Notes under the pieces: model-generated
What the model saw: only the letters and a program-made list of their open reading frames with translations
Databases searched by the model: none
Told to the model about the DNA's origin: nothing
In this document: positions 48,980-60,084 of the stretch, piece by piece
Position numbering within the stretch: the first letter of the stretch is position 1
Layout of the letters: each line of letters opens with the position of its first letter
From: Heterodontus francisci
Lineage: Eukaryota
Direction of reading: 5' to 3'
NCBI RefSeq assembly: GCF_036365525.1
Contig: NC_090397.1
Span: 56,336,091-56,400,090, forward strand
DNA length: 64,000 bases
Made by a program: the position numbers and the translations under genes

Positions 48980-51522
48980 CCCGGTTAGTTCCACAACATA
49001 TTGTTCTAAGAAACTGTCCTGAATACACTCTACGAACTCATCCTCAAGGCTACCTGTGCCAATTTGATTTGTCCAATCTGTATGAAGATTAAAATTGCCC
49101 ACGATTATTGCAGTACTTTCTTACAAGCCCCCACTATTTCTTGACAGGAAGTGAAAAAAGAAAGAGAAGCAAAGAGAGAGAGTAGGAGAAAAGACTAGCA
49201 GCTAACATAAAAAGGAATTCAAAAGGCTTCTATAGGTATATAAATAGTAAAAGGGGAGTAAAAGGAGGGATGATACAGATTAGGGGCCACAAAGGAATTT
49301 ATGCAAGGGGGCAGAGGGCATGGCTAAGGTACTAAATGAGTACTTTGCATTTGTCTTTACCCAGGAAAAAGATGCTGTCAAAGTCATTGTGAAAGCGGAA
49401 GTAGTTGAGACACTAGATGGGCTAAAAATTGGTTAGAGGAGGTATTAGAAAGGCTGACTGTACCTAAGGTTGGTAAGTCACCAGGACAGGATGAGATGCA
49501 TTCAAGGATACTGAGGGAAGTAAGGGTGGAAATTGCAGAGGAACTGGCCATAATTTTTCAATCCTCCTTAACTACAGGGTGGTGCCAGAGGACTGGAGCA
49601 TTGCAAATGTTGCACCCTTGTTCAAAAAGGCATTTAAAGATAAGCCCAGCAATTATAAGCCAGTCAGTTTAACTTCAGTGGTGGGAAAGCTTTTAGAAAC
49701 AATAATCCAGGACAAAATTAACAGTCATTTGGACAAATGTGGATCAATTAAGGAAAGCCAGTACAGATTTGTTCAAGGCAAATCTTGTTTAACGAACTTG
49801 CATAAGTTTTTTGATGAGATAACAGAGAGGGTTGATGAGGGTAATGTGATTGGTGTGGTGTACTTGGACTGCCAAAAGGCATTTGATAAAGTGGCACATA
49901 ACAGACTTGTCAGTCAAGTTAAAGCCCAAGGAATAAAAGGGACAGTGGCAGCATTTATATGAAATTGGCTAAGTGACAAAAAACAGAATGGTGTGAACAG
50001 TTCACACTACTGGGTATACTGTTGGGTTCCCCAGGGGCCAGTACAAGGACCACTGCTTTTCTTGATCTATATTAATGACCTAGACTTGGGTGTGCAAGGT
50101 ACAATTTCAAAATTTGGAGTTGACACAAAACTTGGTAGTATTGTGAACTGTGAGGAGAGTAGTGATAGACTTCAAGAGAACATAGATAGGCTGGTGGACT
50201 GGGCATACATATGGCATATGAAATTTAATGCAGAGAAGTGTGAAGTGATACATTTTGGTAGGAAGAACAAGCAGAGGCAATATAAAATAAATGATACAAT
50301 TCTAAAGCGGTGCAGCAGCAGAGGGACCTGGGGGTACATGTACACAAATCATTGAAGGTGGCAGGGCTGGTTGAGAAAGTGATTAATAAGACATATGGGA
50401 TCCTGGCGTTATAAATAGAGGCATGGTGTGCAAAAGCAAGGAAGTTATGGTGAATCTTTGTAAAATACTGGTTTGGCCTCAACTAGAGTATTGTGTCCAA
50501 TTCTGGGTACCACACTTTATGAAGGATATGAAGGCATGGGTGGAAAGAGAGGGTGCAGGAAAGATTTACGGGAATGGTGCCAGGGATGAGAGATTTCAAT
50601 TATGTGGATAGATTGGAGAAGCTGGGGCTGTTCTCCTTAGAGGAGAGGGTTGAGAGGAAATTTGATCGAGGTACTCAAAATCATGTTGGGCCCGAACAGA
50701 GCAGAAAGGGAGAAACTGTTCCCAATGGAGGAAGGGTCGAGGACCAGAGGACACCAGGTTAAGGTGAATGGCAAAAATACCAGAAGCAACATGAGGCAAA
50801 TCTTTGTTATACAGCAAGTGATTAGGATCTGGAATGCACTGCCTGAGAGTGTGGTGGAGATAGATTCCATCATGGCTTTCCAAAGGGAGTTGGATTATTA
50901 TCTGCAGAGAAAACATTTGCAGGCGTGGGACTAGCTGAGTTGATCTTGCAGAGAGCAGCACAGACAAGACTGGCCAAATGGCCTCCTTCTGTGCTGTAAC
51001 CATTCTATGATTCTTTGATACCTGAAATGAATAAGGGACAAAGGTCGGGTTGTGGTGAGGGGTGAGGAGAGGGTAAGAAATGCATGCTCGTGAGTCAGAA
51101 AAGATTGTGGGATAAGGGAGAAGTGGGAAGAGAGAAGGAGGATTAAGAATGTAAAGACCCTCATCGTTGATTCCTTCCAATGGCCATGGCCTCAGTGAAA
51201 CCCCTTCCCACACTGGCCCCCACTCCATGGGGGTTAAAATGTGCAGATATGCTTCTCCTCTAGTTTCTTGCTGCTGCCTCCTGTTATGCGCCACCTTCTA
51301 CAAAAAAAAAGAGGTAAGTGTGTCAATGAGTATTCTGCAATATGTTTTAGTGATGCAGCTCTCATGGTTGCCATTGTGTGTGAGTTGTGGGTGTGAGGCT
51401 TATAACAGTGCTAAGTGTGTGAGAATAAGTTGAAGCATATTCATTGAAGGGCTAAGTGTTTATTGATGGAAATTATTGGTAGGTCAGTAATGGGATGTAG
51501 TAAATTGACCAACTAATGAGGC

Positions 51523-51662
51523 TAAAATAAAAGCAAAATACTGCGGATGGTGGAAATCTGAAATAACAACAAGAAATGCTGGAACCACTCAGCAGGTCTG
51601 GCAGCATCCGTGGAAAGAGAAGCAGAGTTAACGTTTCGGGTCAGTGACCCTTCTTCGGAACT
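51523..51662 (-). mobile_element. Penelope pLTR-only mini-insertion beginning at the hammerhead motif
   Basis: TSD aactaatgaggc (51511-51522, 51659-51670); minus strand starts AGTT-CCGAAGA-AGGGTCACTGACCC-GAAACGTT-AACT. Confidence 0.85.
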
Positions 51663-51679
51663 AATGAGGCGAGTTGTGC

Positions 51680-52245
51680 AGTTGGTAGGATACACCATTT
51701 GAAGATTGAACTCATTCATCTTGACAACTTGTGTCCGATAATTAAACTTCTTTCTACATTGCATCCACATTCTTGGAGCTATACTCCTGGCTTTAATCGT
51801 GGCAGCAACTTCCTTCCATTGTCACCAGAGCATATGTCTAGAGGGCTATCTGCCCCTATCTGTCCCTTCTCCTCTCCACCTCCTGCATCAAGACCTCCAG
51901 TGTATAATTAGAAAACCTTGGTGCACGGTCTCTTGCAGGTCGAACCATCTTGAGAAAATTCTTCAAAATCAATTCACTGTCTGACACATGTTCCAGCAGA
52001 TACACAGTACCTCCCCTTTAAGAGGTGCAGGTTGCCTTTAAATAGCGCTAGTTACTTGTGATATCCGGCCCCCTGCTAATGCGTGCAGTCAATGAACAGT
52101 GCAAGTAGCAATGGCTGCATGCAGCAATCATGGAAATCAGCAGGCAGCCTGAATTTAACATGCAACGTACAGCATTTTGAAAGGGCACGGATTAATCACC
52201 TACCATGATTCCTGCGCCCATTTGAAGGTTATCCAATTTTATCCC
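51680..52245 (-). pseudogene. Harbinger end with third Myb/SANT-like remnant
   Basis: RDRAPRFSNYTLEVLMQEVERRR and RMWMQCRKKFNYRTQVVK. Confidence 0.65.
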
Positions 52246-52269
52246 CGATATTTTATCAATCTGGCATGA

Positions 52270-52470
52270 CATTTCAATGTAGTGTTCTCATCCCTCACTG
52301 ATCTGTGATACAATGTGCTGAAACCTCAATGCTCTATGCTAATCCATCATTCACCTGTGATAGTACACTGTAACCTCAATGCCCTGTGCCCATCTCTCAC
52401 TGATTTGTGACAATGCACAGGAACCCCAATGCTCTGTGCGTGCGCCTCTCTCACTGACCTGTAACATAGT
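52270..52470. repeat. Degenerate ~50-55 bp tandem repeat x ~4
   Basis: ctcactga.ctgtgaca...aacctcaatgctctgtgc recurs. Confidence 0.55.
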
Positions 52471-53191
52471 GTGCCGCAGTGCTAGTGCCACCACATAAGT
52501 GAGCTTCATTGAAAAAGAATGTAAAAAAAAAGTTAGTATATATTGTCATCCTGTCCTCTCAATCTATTACTGCCCTGTTTCTGCATTCTGTATAAAGCCC
52601 TTTTTTTACTGCCTTAGTGAAATTTTAAGAATCAGCACATGGTTCAATCTATTTTTAAGCTCACAAATGTTTGTTTTGCCATTAGACAGATGCACAGTAT
52701 TCACACTATATATGGAAATACTGAACTGAATTCACTGGTGTGACTTCCTCCTCGAAAACTAGACTTGCGGGGCTACGGGGATCGAGCGGGGGAGTGGGAC
52801 TGACTGAAGAGCTCCGGGAGAGCCCCATGGACTTGATGGGCCGAATGACCTCTTTCTGTGCCATAAATGCCTCTATGACTCTGTAATTGGGTTTAAAAGT
52901 ATTAACTAATTTGAATAAAAATGCAGGCATATGTAAACAGTGGTCAGCAGAAAGGAATAATGGACTATTTGCTTGTATTGAACATTGCTCCTGTTCAAAA
53001 TGGAAATTAACAAAAAATGTACAGTTTTCTGCTAAGCTTTTTAAATAGTGATCATGAAATTATATTGAGCAGGAGCCTAGAAATCAAAAGTAGGTATTGA
53101 AATCCAGGCCATATATATTGTTAGCTGAATGAATGACAAGGTTTCAAAGTATTGCTGCATCCACAGAGATAGTGTGAAGATAAATGTACAA

Positions 53192-53248
53192 TCAACATTT
53201 CCGTTGCCTCGTTCTATTTGAATAGAAAAACCTTACCGTAAATAGAAA
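53192..53248 (-). CDS. Uncharacterised gene, candidate terminal coding exon
   Basis: tttgtttaatcctttacattcag|TTT CTA TTT ACG GTA...TGT TGA; FLFTVRFFYSNRTRQRKC*. Confidence 0.45.
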   Translation of the reverse strand, partial: FLFTVRFFYSNRTRQRKC

Positions 53249-53287
53249 CTGAATGTAAAGGATTAAACAAAAAAGATAATCTTGTTA

Positions 53288-53510
53288 TAAAATAAAAGCA
53301 AAATACTGCGGATGCTGGAAATCTGAAACAAAAACAAGAAATGCTGGAATCACTCAGCAGGTCTGGCAGCATCTGTGGAAAGAGAAGCAGAGTTAACGTT
53401 TCGGGTCAGTTCCGAAGAAGGGTCACTGACCCGAAACGTTAACTCTGCTTCTCTTTCCACAGATGCTGCCAGACCTGCTGAGTGATTCCAGCATTTCTTG
53501 TTTTTGTTTC
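53288..53510. mobile_element. Near-perfect foldback Penelope pLTR mini-element with hammerhead motif (53408-53444, +)
   Basis: 14-bp TSD agataatcttgtta (53274-53287, 53511-53524); ~90-bp exact inverted arms. Confidence 0.9.
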
Positions 53511-54146
53511 AGATAATCTTGTTAGCTTGGTTGAGTCTTCAACTAATGGATATGTGTAATTCAAATGTGTTCAATGGAAGACATCACTGTCCTGAGAATC
53601 AACAGTTGGGAGCGATTTTGACAGTTATGCTGTAGAACTCTGCTGCTGATTCCGCTGAAGTACAGGGGAGAGGGGTCACAGGGAGGGGTCTCTAGAAGCA
53701 GGCCTTTGGCATTTTGAGCATGCATCTTTGGCCTCCATTACCAAAGACCCTGGAAATGTAGTTGGAAACTGGCCAGCTCAGTGAAAAGAAAAAGAACAGT
53801 TCCCCAGTCCTCTCCCCAGAAGGTTGGAGATTGTTGTGGCAAGCCCCTCCATCAGTGGGCTACTTTAATAACCTTAAAAACAACCTGGGCCCCCAGGAGC
53901 GCTCCAGTTGCACTGGTTTCAGCCAAGTATGCCTGATGAGAGAAGCGCCGGTTCCATATTTAAGTCTGGAGGGCAGAGACGTGGACATTTCTGATTTCAA
54001 GAGTCCTCCCTTAACATCGGCGGTCGTCTTGGGGTGGGCTGAGAGTTCACCCCCATTCTAGAAAATGCAGTTAAAAAGGATCTTTGGGGCCAGTGGAACT
54101 AGTCACTCAGGAGGTTACAAAATTTGAACTACGTTCCTAATATTAC

Positions 54147-54215
54147 CTGGCTTTGAGTACAATAAAAATACAGATGATGTTTTGGATTAGCCAGAGGAGC
54201 AACTCTACACAAGGC
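54147..54215 (-). CDS. Uncharacterised gene, candidate internal exon (phase 0-0, 69 nt)
   Basis: ccatttcacacag|GCC TTG...AGC CAG|gtaata; ALCRVAPLANPKHHLYFYCTQSQ. Confidence 0.55.
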
Positions 54216-54235
54216 CTGTGTGAAATGGACAGCTC

Positions 54236-56630
54236 ACTTAGATAGACTCCAACAGCTACCTTGAATACAGTTCCTCCCACCCCGCTTCCTGTAAGGAATC
54301 CATCCCATTCTCTCAGTTTCTCTGCCTCCGTCATATCTGTTCTGACATCTTCCATACTGGTGCTTCTTTTTCTTTTTTCTCAAACGAGGATTCACCTCCA
54401 CTGTGATTGACAGGGCCCTCAACCCATCTCCATTCCAGTTTCTGTGTTTGTGCTTTCACCCTTCCCTATCCTTTATGAACCACAATAGGGTTCCCCTTGT
54501 CCTCACCTTCCACCCCACCAGCCTCCACATACAGTGGATCATCCTCTGTCATTTCCACTGTCTCCATCATTCTGCCATCATCAAATGGGACCATTCACTC
54601 CAGGATACCCTGGTCCACTCCTCTATCACCCTCTTACACCCTCCTCTTCCCACAGCACATTCCCATGCAAGCACAGGAGATGCAACACCTGCCCTTTTAC
54701 CTTCTTTCTTCCCACCATCTAGGGCCCCAAACATTCATAGCTGGTGTAACAGCAGTTTACCTGTAAATAGTCGTTTGTTAGTACAGAACTTGAGTATTGC
54801 TGAAAATAGAGACATGTTGTCAAAGCTTTTCATCCACAGCTGCATGCAATAATTTTCTTACACATTTTAATGGGCTCCATCCTGCGCTCAAATTCACCTT
54901 TGAAATGAGGCAGTCAAATGAGCTCCCTTCCCTTGACGTACTAGTTGAGAAATCTGCTAAGGGGTTCTCTACCACGGTCTACCGTAAACCTACCTTTACT
55001 GGTCAATAAACGCGTTGGGATTCTTACAGTTCCACGCGCTATAAGATTAGCCTTATCAGTAACCTCATAAATTGGGCCTGAGCCATTTGCTTACCTTGCA
55101 AGCTTGATGCAGAAATAGGGTGAAACAAAGACATCCTGTGATGACGCCTACCCTGATCAGATTATTTCTCGATGTACATTGCACAAACTTATGAATGGGC
55201 CTAAGGCCATCATTTTCGGCACTGAAAAGTGCCCAGTCTACCTCAAATTACCCTGGAAGGGTAATGCACGCCAAAAGTTTGAGCAACAGGTGAAGCTAGC
55301 TGTTTCACGCTGCTACCATGCAGTAGCAACACCTGTGGTGTTCGCCACTAACAGGATGCTGCCATCCAGCCGAAAAGACATCCTGCTTATCACACAAATG
55401 AGTAATGTGATATATGAATTTCAATGCCAGTGTTATGCTAGGTATATAGGCTGTATGTTCCAAAGACTGGCAGATCATATCAAACAACATGTCCCTGCCA
55501 CTGTTCATAATGGGCAAGGTACAGACCATACCCAACCAGCCCGTGCTTGCAAAACTCAAAACAGTGTCCAACATTAGATGTGATTCCGCAATTGGACAAC
55601 ATTTGCAAAATAATCCTCACTGTACTAAGAATTACGCTGACAACCAATTTAAGATTGTCAGTAGGGCTCGCAGTGTGGCTCATTTGCGTGTATTGGAAGC
55701 TACATATATTAATACACAGGGCCCTGTTCTTTGCAGACAGAAAGAACATGTACAAACATTGCGCCTGTTTCAGCTAAACAAAATAAGTGACAGCCATTCG
55801 CTGGTTCATTACTCGCGGCAATGCCTTGACCAATCAGAGTCAAGCTGCCGAGTTTAAATTTCAAACAAAGCTTAGCAGTTAACTGTCAGTCACTGTAAAC
55901 TGGTGCCTTTTCCATGGCAATGCCTCTACCAGTCAGGATTCATCTGCCAACCAATCAGCACTCTCTTCTCATACAGTATAAAGTTGTTGATATTCTTGCG
56001 GATTGTCCTGATGAGTGCAAGATGAAAAGCTTCAATAACATGTCTCTATTTTCAGCAATACTCAATTTACTTGTACTTCTTTCAACTTAGAATACTGTAT
56101 TCACTGCTCACAGTGCAGTCTCCTCTGCATTGGGGAGATCATTGGGAGATTGCTGTGTGGAACACTTCCGTTCAATCCATAAACATGATCCTGAGCCTCC
56201 GATCACCTGTCATTTTAATTCTCTGCCCCACTCCCACTCTGACTTCTCTGTCCTCAGCCTCCTACACTATTCCAATGAAACTTAACATAAGCTTGAGGAA
56301 CAGCACCTCATTTTTGAGAAGGCATTTTACAGCCCTCTGGACTCAACATTGAGTTAAATAGTTTCAGTTTGTAATCTCTGTCTCCATTTTTCAGACAGCA
56401 GCAGTTGGTAATGATTCTGATATTGCCATTTACACCTCCTGTCAACCAATCTTTTGTTTCTTTACTTGACCCATTGCCATTGCTTTTTGTGTTGCATCAT
56501 TATCCCTTTTGTCATTTAAGTTTTCCTGTCTTTCATCCTGTCATAGACCTTTTCTTTTGTTCTTCTCCCCCACACCCCCCCCCCCCCCATCCTCTTTTTA
56601 TTTGCTCCTCCTCATTACTTGCTTAAAATC
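54236..56630 (+). mobile_element. Older Penelope family 1 copy interrupted by family 2
   Basis: NRVPLVLTFHPTSLHIQ, CKHRRCNTCPF (54236-54765); resumes with a GIY-YIG remnant at 56066. Confidence 0.8.
54766..56065 (+). mobile_element. Penelope family 2 element with inverted 5' pLTR and hammerhead motif (56003-56038)
   Basis: LHPALKFTFE..LPSLDV...VYRKPTFTG (RT), NVIYEFQCQCYARYIG..QRLADHIKQH (GIY-YIG); 54790-54833 is an inverted copy of 56021-56065; TSD tttacctgta/tttacttgta. Confidence 0.88.
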
Positions 56631-56634
56631 TACA

Positions 56635-57870
56635 TAAGATCATAAGAAATAGGAGCAGGAATAGGCCATTTGGCCCTTTGAGTCTGCTGTGCCATTCAGT
56701 AAGATCATGGCTGATCTTCTACCTCTACTCCAACTTCCCTCACTATCCCCAGATCCCTTATTACCCAAAAATCTATCAACTTTTGCCTTGAATATACTCA
56801 ATGACTGAGCATCCACAGCTCCCTGGGGTAAAGAATTCCAAAGATTCACAACACTTTGAGTGAAGACATTTCTCTTCGTCTCAGTCCTAAATGGCCAACC
56901 CCTGATTCTGAGACTGCAACCCTGTGTTCTAGATTGCCCAACCAGGGGAAACATTTTCTCAGTATCTACCCTGACAAGGCCCTTAAGAATGTTATAACCT
57001 CTCATTCTTCTAAACTCCAGGGAATATAGAACTCGTCCATTCAATCCCCTCATCGGCACAGTGGCGCAGTGGTTAGCACCGCAGCCTCACAGCTCCAGGG
57101 ACCCGGGTTCGATTCAGGGTACTGCCTGTGCGGAGTTTGCAAGTTCTCCCTGTGTCTGCGTGGGTTTCCTCCGGGTGCTCCGGTTTCCTCCCACATGCCA
57201 AAGACTTGCAGGTTGATAGGTTAATTGGCCATTATAAATTGCCCCTAGTATAGGTAGGTGGTAGGGAAATATATAGGGACAGGTGGGATGTGATAGGAAT
57301 ATGGGATTAGAGTAGGATTAGTATAAATGGGTGGTTGATGGTCGGCACAGACTCGGTGGGCCGAAGGGCCTGTTTCAGTGCTGTATCTCTAAACTAAACA
57401 TCCCAGGAACCAGTTGCATTCTGTCCAGGTCAAGTGTGTCCTTCCTGAGGTAAGACCAAAACTGCGCACAGTACTCCAGGTGCACCAATGCCCTGTATAA
57501 TTGTAAGAAGAGTTCTTTACTCTTATACTCTAAAGCTTTTGTAACCATAGCTAACATACTATTTGCCTTCCTAATGGCTTGTTAAACCTGCATGTTAACT
57601 TTCTGTGATTCATGTACAAGAACACCCTGGTCCTTCTGAATGTAAACATTTCCCAGTCTCCCACCATTCAAAAAATATTCTGCTTTTTTATTTTTCCTAC
57701 CAAAGTGGATAACTTCACACTTCGCCATGTTGTATTCTATCTGCCATGTTCTTGCCCACTCACGCAACCCGTCTATATCCCTCTGCAGCATCTTTGCCTG
57801 CTCCTCACTGTTTACTTTCCCATCTAACTTTGTATAAGCAAACCTGGATATGTTACACTCAGTTCCCTCA
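56635..57870 (-). mobile_element. CR1 3' fragment with a V-SINE (57054-57398, +) at an internal break
   Basis: KCEVIHFGRKN, LYRALVHLEYCAQFW, FTQSVVNLWNSLP; full HE1-like SINE inside. Confidence 0.88.
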
Positions 57871-58382
57871 TCTGTTATCCCCTCATCCCCGTTACATCTC
57901 TTAACTTTTTCCAGTTCTCACGAAAGATCATCGATTTGAAACATTAACTATGTTTCTCTCTCCACAAATGTTGCTTGGCCTTTTGTTTTTAATTCAGATT
58001 TCCAGCAGTATTTTGTTTTTGTTCCACTTAGTTAATTATTTGATGCTAATTCTCCAATAATGTACACAACGAATTTTAAGAAATTCTGTTGGCGATAGAG
58101 GCCTCCCCCTCCCTAAAAAAGGCTGAGTAAATAAACATAAAGGGTCACAAAAGTAAGCTATGTTTTTCACTTGTGTAACAAGCTAGATTATTAAACATTT
58201 TTGCCATTGGCATTGGTTAGTTCCCTCATTAGCTTCTGAGAAGTGTTAAGTGGTCAATATTACAGAAAAACCATAATTGCCTGCTTTTCTTGTGCTTCCA
58301 ACTAAAGAATTCACTGAAAGCACTCATTTAAAAACTGAGCACACCTGCCATTTTATCAGCAGTCAAAGAGTAAAATATACCT

Positions 58383-59922
58383 TCTTTGTTCCAGTCCTAC
58401 TAAGGCCCCCTCCCCCAACTCTTTTTCCGGTACATTGATGACTGTATCGGTGCCGTTTCCTGCTCCCACCCCGAACTGGAAAACTTTATCAACTTTGCTT
58501 CCAATTTCCACCCTTCTCTCACCTTTACATGGTCCATCTCTGACACTTCCCTTCCCTTCCTCGACTTCTCTGTCTCTATCTCTGGGGATAGGCTGTCTAC
58601 TAATATCCATTATAAGCCCACCGACTCCCACAGCTACCTTGACTACACTTCTTCACACCCTACCTCCTGTAGGAATCCATTCCATTCTCCCAGTTTCTCC
58701 GTCTCCGACGCATCTGCTCTGATGATGCTACCTTCCATGACGGTGCTTCTGATATGTCTTCCTTTTTCCTCAACCGAGGATTCCCCCCCACTGTTGTTGA
58801 CAGGGCCCTCAACCGTGTCCGGCCCATTTCCCGCACCTCTACCCTCACCCCTTCCCCTCCCTCCCAGAACCGTGATAGGGTTCCCCTTGTCCTCACTTTC
58901 CACCCCATCAGCCTCCATATCCAAAGGATCATCCTCCACCATTTCCACCACCTCCAGCGTGATGCCACTACCAAACGCATCTTCCCCTCCCTTCCCCTGT
59001 CAGCATTCCGAAGGGATCATTCCCTCCGTGACACCCTGGTCCACTCCTCCATTACCCCCACCACCTTGTCCCCTTCCCATGGCACCTTCCCCTGCAATTG
59101 CAGGAGGTGTAATACCTGCCCATTTACCTCCTCTCTCCTCACTATCCCAGGCCCCAAACACTCCTTTCAGGTGAAGCAGCGATTTACTTGTACTTCTTTC
59201 AATGTAGTATACTGTATTCGCTGCTCACAATGTGGTCTCCTCTACATTGGGGAGACTAAACGCAGACTGGGTGACTGCTTTGCGGAACACCTCCGTTCAG
59301 TCCGCAAGCAGGACCCTGAGCTTCCAGTGCTTGCCATTTCAACACTCCCCCCTGCTCTCATGTTCACATCTCTGTCCTGGGATTGCTGTAGTGTTCCAGT
59401 GAACATCAACGCAAGCTCGAGGAACAGCATCTCATTTACCAATTAGGCACACTACAGCCTGCTGGACTGAACATTGAGTTCAATAATTTCAGAGCATGAC
59501 GGGCCCCCCATTTTACTTTTAGTTATTTTTTCTTTTTTACTTTTTTTTTGTTTATTTCAATTCATCTTAGTTTGTTCAGCTTGCTTACCCACTGTTTTTT
59601 TTCATGTTTGTACTTGCTGCTGTTCAATCTTCAGTTCGTTAACACCTTATCTGTACTAATGCTTTGTCTTTCAACACACTATTAACATATTGTTTGCCTT
59701 TGCTCCACGACCTTTTGGTCAGCTATGTGGCCTTGTCCAATCTACACCTTCTCCTTTGTTATCTCTTGCCCCACCCCCGCCTCACTTGCTTATAACCTTT
59801 GACATTTCTAATATTTGCTAGTTCCCAAGAAGGGTCACTGATCTGAAATGTTAACTCTGCTTCTCTTCCCACAGATGCTGCCAGACCTGCTGAGTGGTTC
59901 CAGCATTTCTTGTTTTTATTTA
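58383..59922 (+). mobile_element. Penelope family 1 element, 5'-truncated, 14-bp TSD
   Basis: RYIDDC RT motif at ~58428, LPFLD, 230-aa ORF to GIY-YIG NVVYCIRCSQCGLLYIGETKRRLGD; TSD agtaaaatatacct at 58369-58382 and 59923-59936. Confidence 0.93.
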
Positions 59923-59934
59923 AGTAAAATATAC

Positions 59935-60084
59935 CTCATTGTCGGGATGGGCTAGAAGGAGGGTTGGTGTGCTTCTGTCCATGTCATACACTGTAAAGCT
60001 GACCGTGCTTGGTATTATCACTGTTCCACAACAGTGACACTCCTCACTTTTTAACGGTATTTGTTCTAATTTTTGTGATAAAAG
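59935..60084 (-). CDS. Uncharacterised gene, candidate internal exon (phase 0-0, 150 nt)
   Basis: ctctag|CTT TTA...AAT GAG|gtatat; LLSQKLEQIPLKSEECHCCGTVIIPSTVSFTVYDMDRSTPTLLLAHPDNE; acceptor pyrimidine tract is weak. Confidence 0.55.

Larger units (their letters stand above)
40450..49144 (-). mobile_element. Second CR1 (ORF2 fragment) inserted antisense; itself split by the hAT element and a solo LTR
   Basis: 3' tail at 40450; RFADDT, VRPHLEY (40963-41575); resumes at 46791 as YLDFQKAFDKVPYKRLL; resumes again at 48980. Confidence 0.9.
38500..51015 (+). mobile_element. Host CR1 LINE (ORF1 + APE at 38500-40449; RT and 3' end at 49145-51015) split by nested insertions
   Basis: VVVHIGTN esterase, VIAETW, MGDF; ENQAEYKK at 40449 resumes as EVKK..REAKRE..KRLAANIK at ~49148; then NYKPVSLTSVVGK, YLDCQKAFDKV, QGPLLFLIYINDL. 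Confidence 0.88.

Noticed and set aside
50596-51294. 232-aa ORF, the longest in the window
   Set aside because: Mostly antisense to a CR1 3' end fused to purine-rich flank; no recognisable domain
53237-53248. 12-nt micro-exon using donor ACG|gtaagg
   Set aside because: Possible, but I found no downstream exon; the terminal-exon reading is simpler
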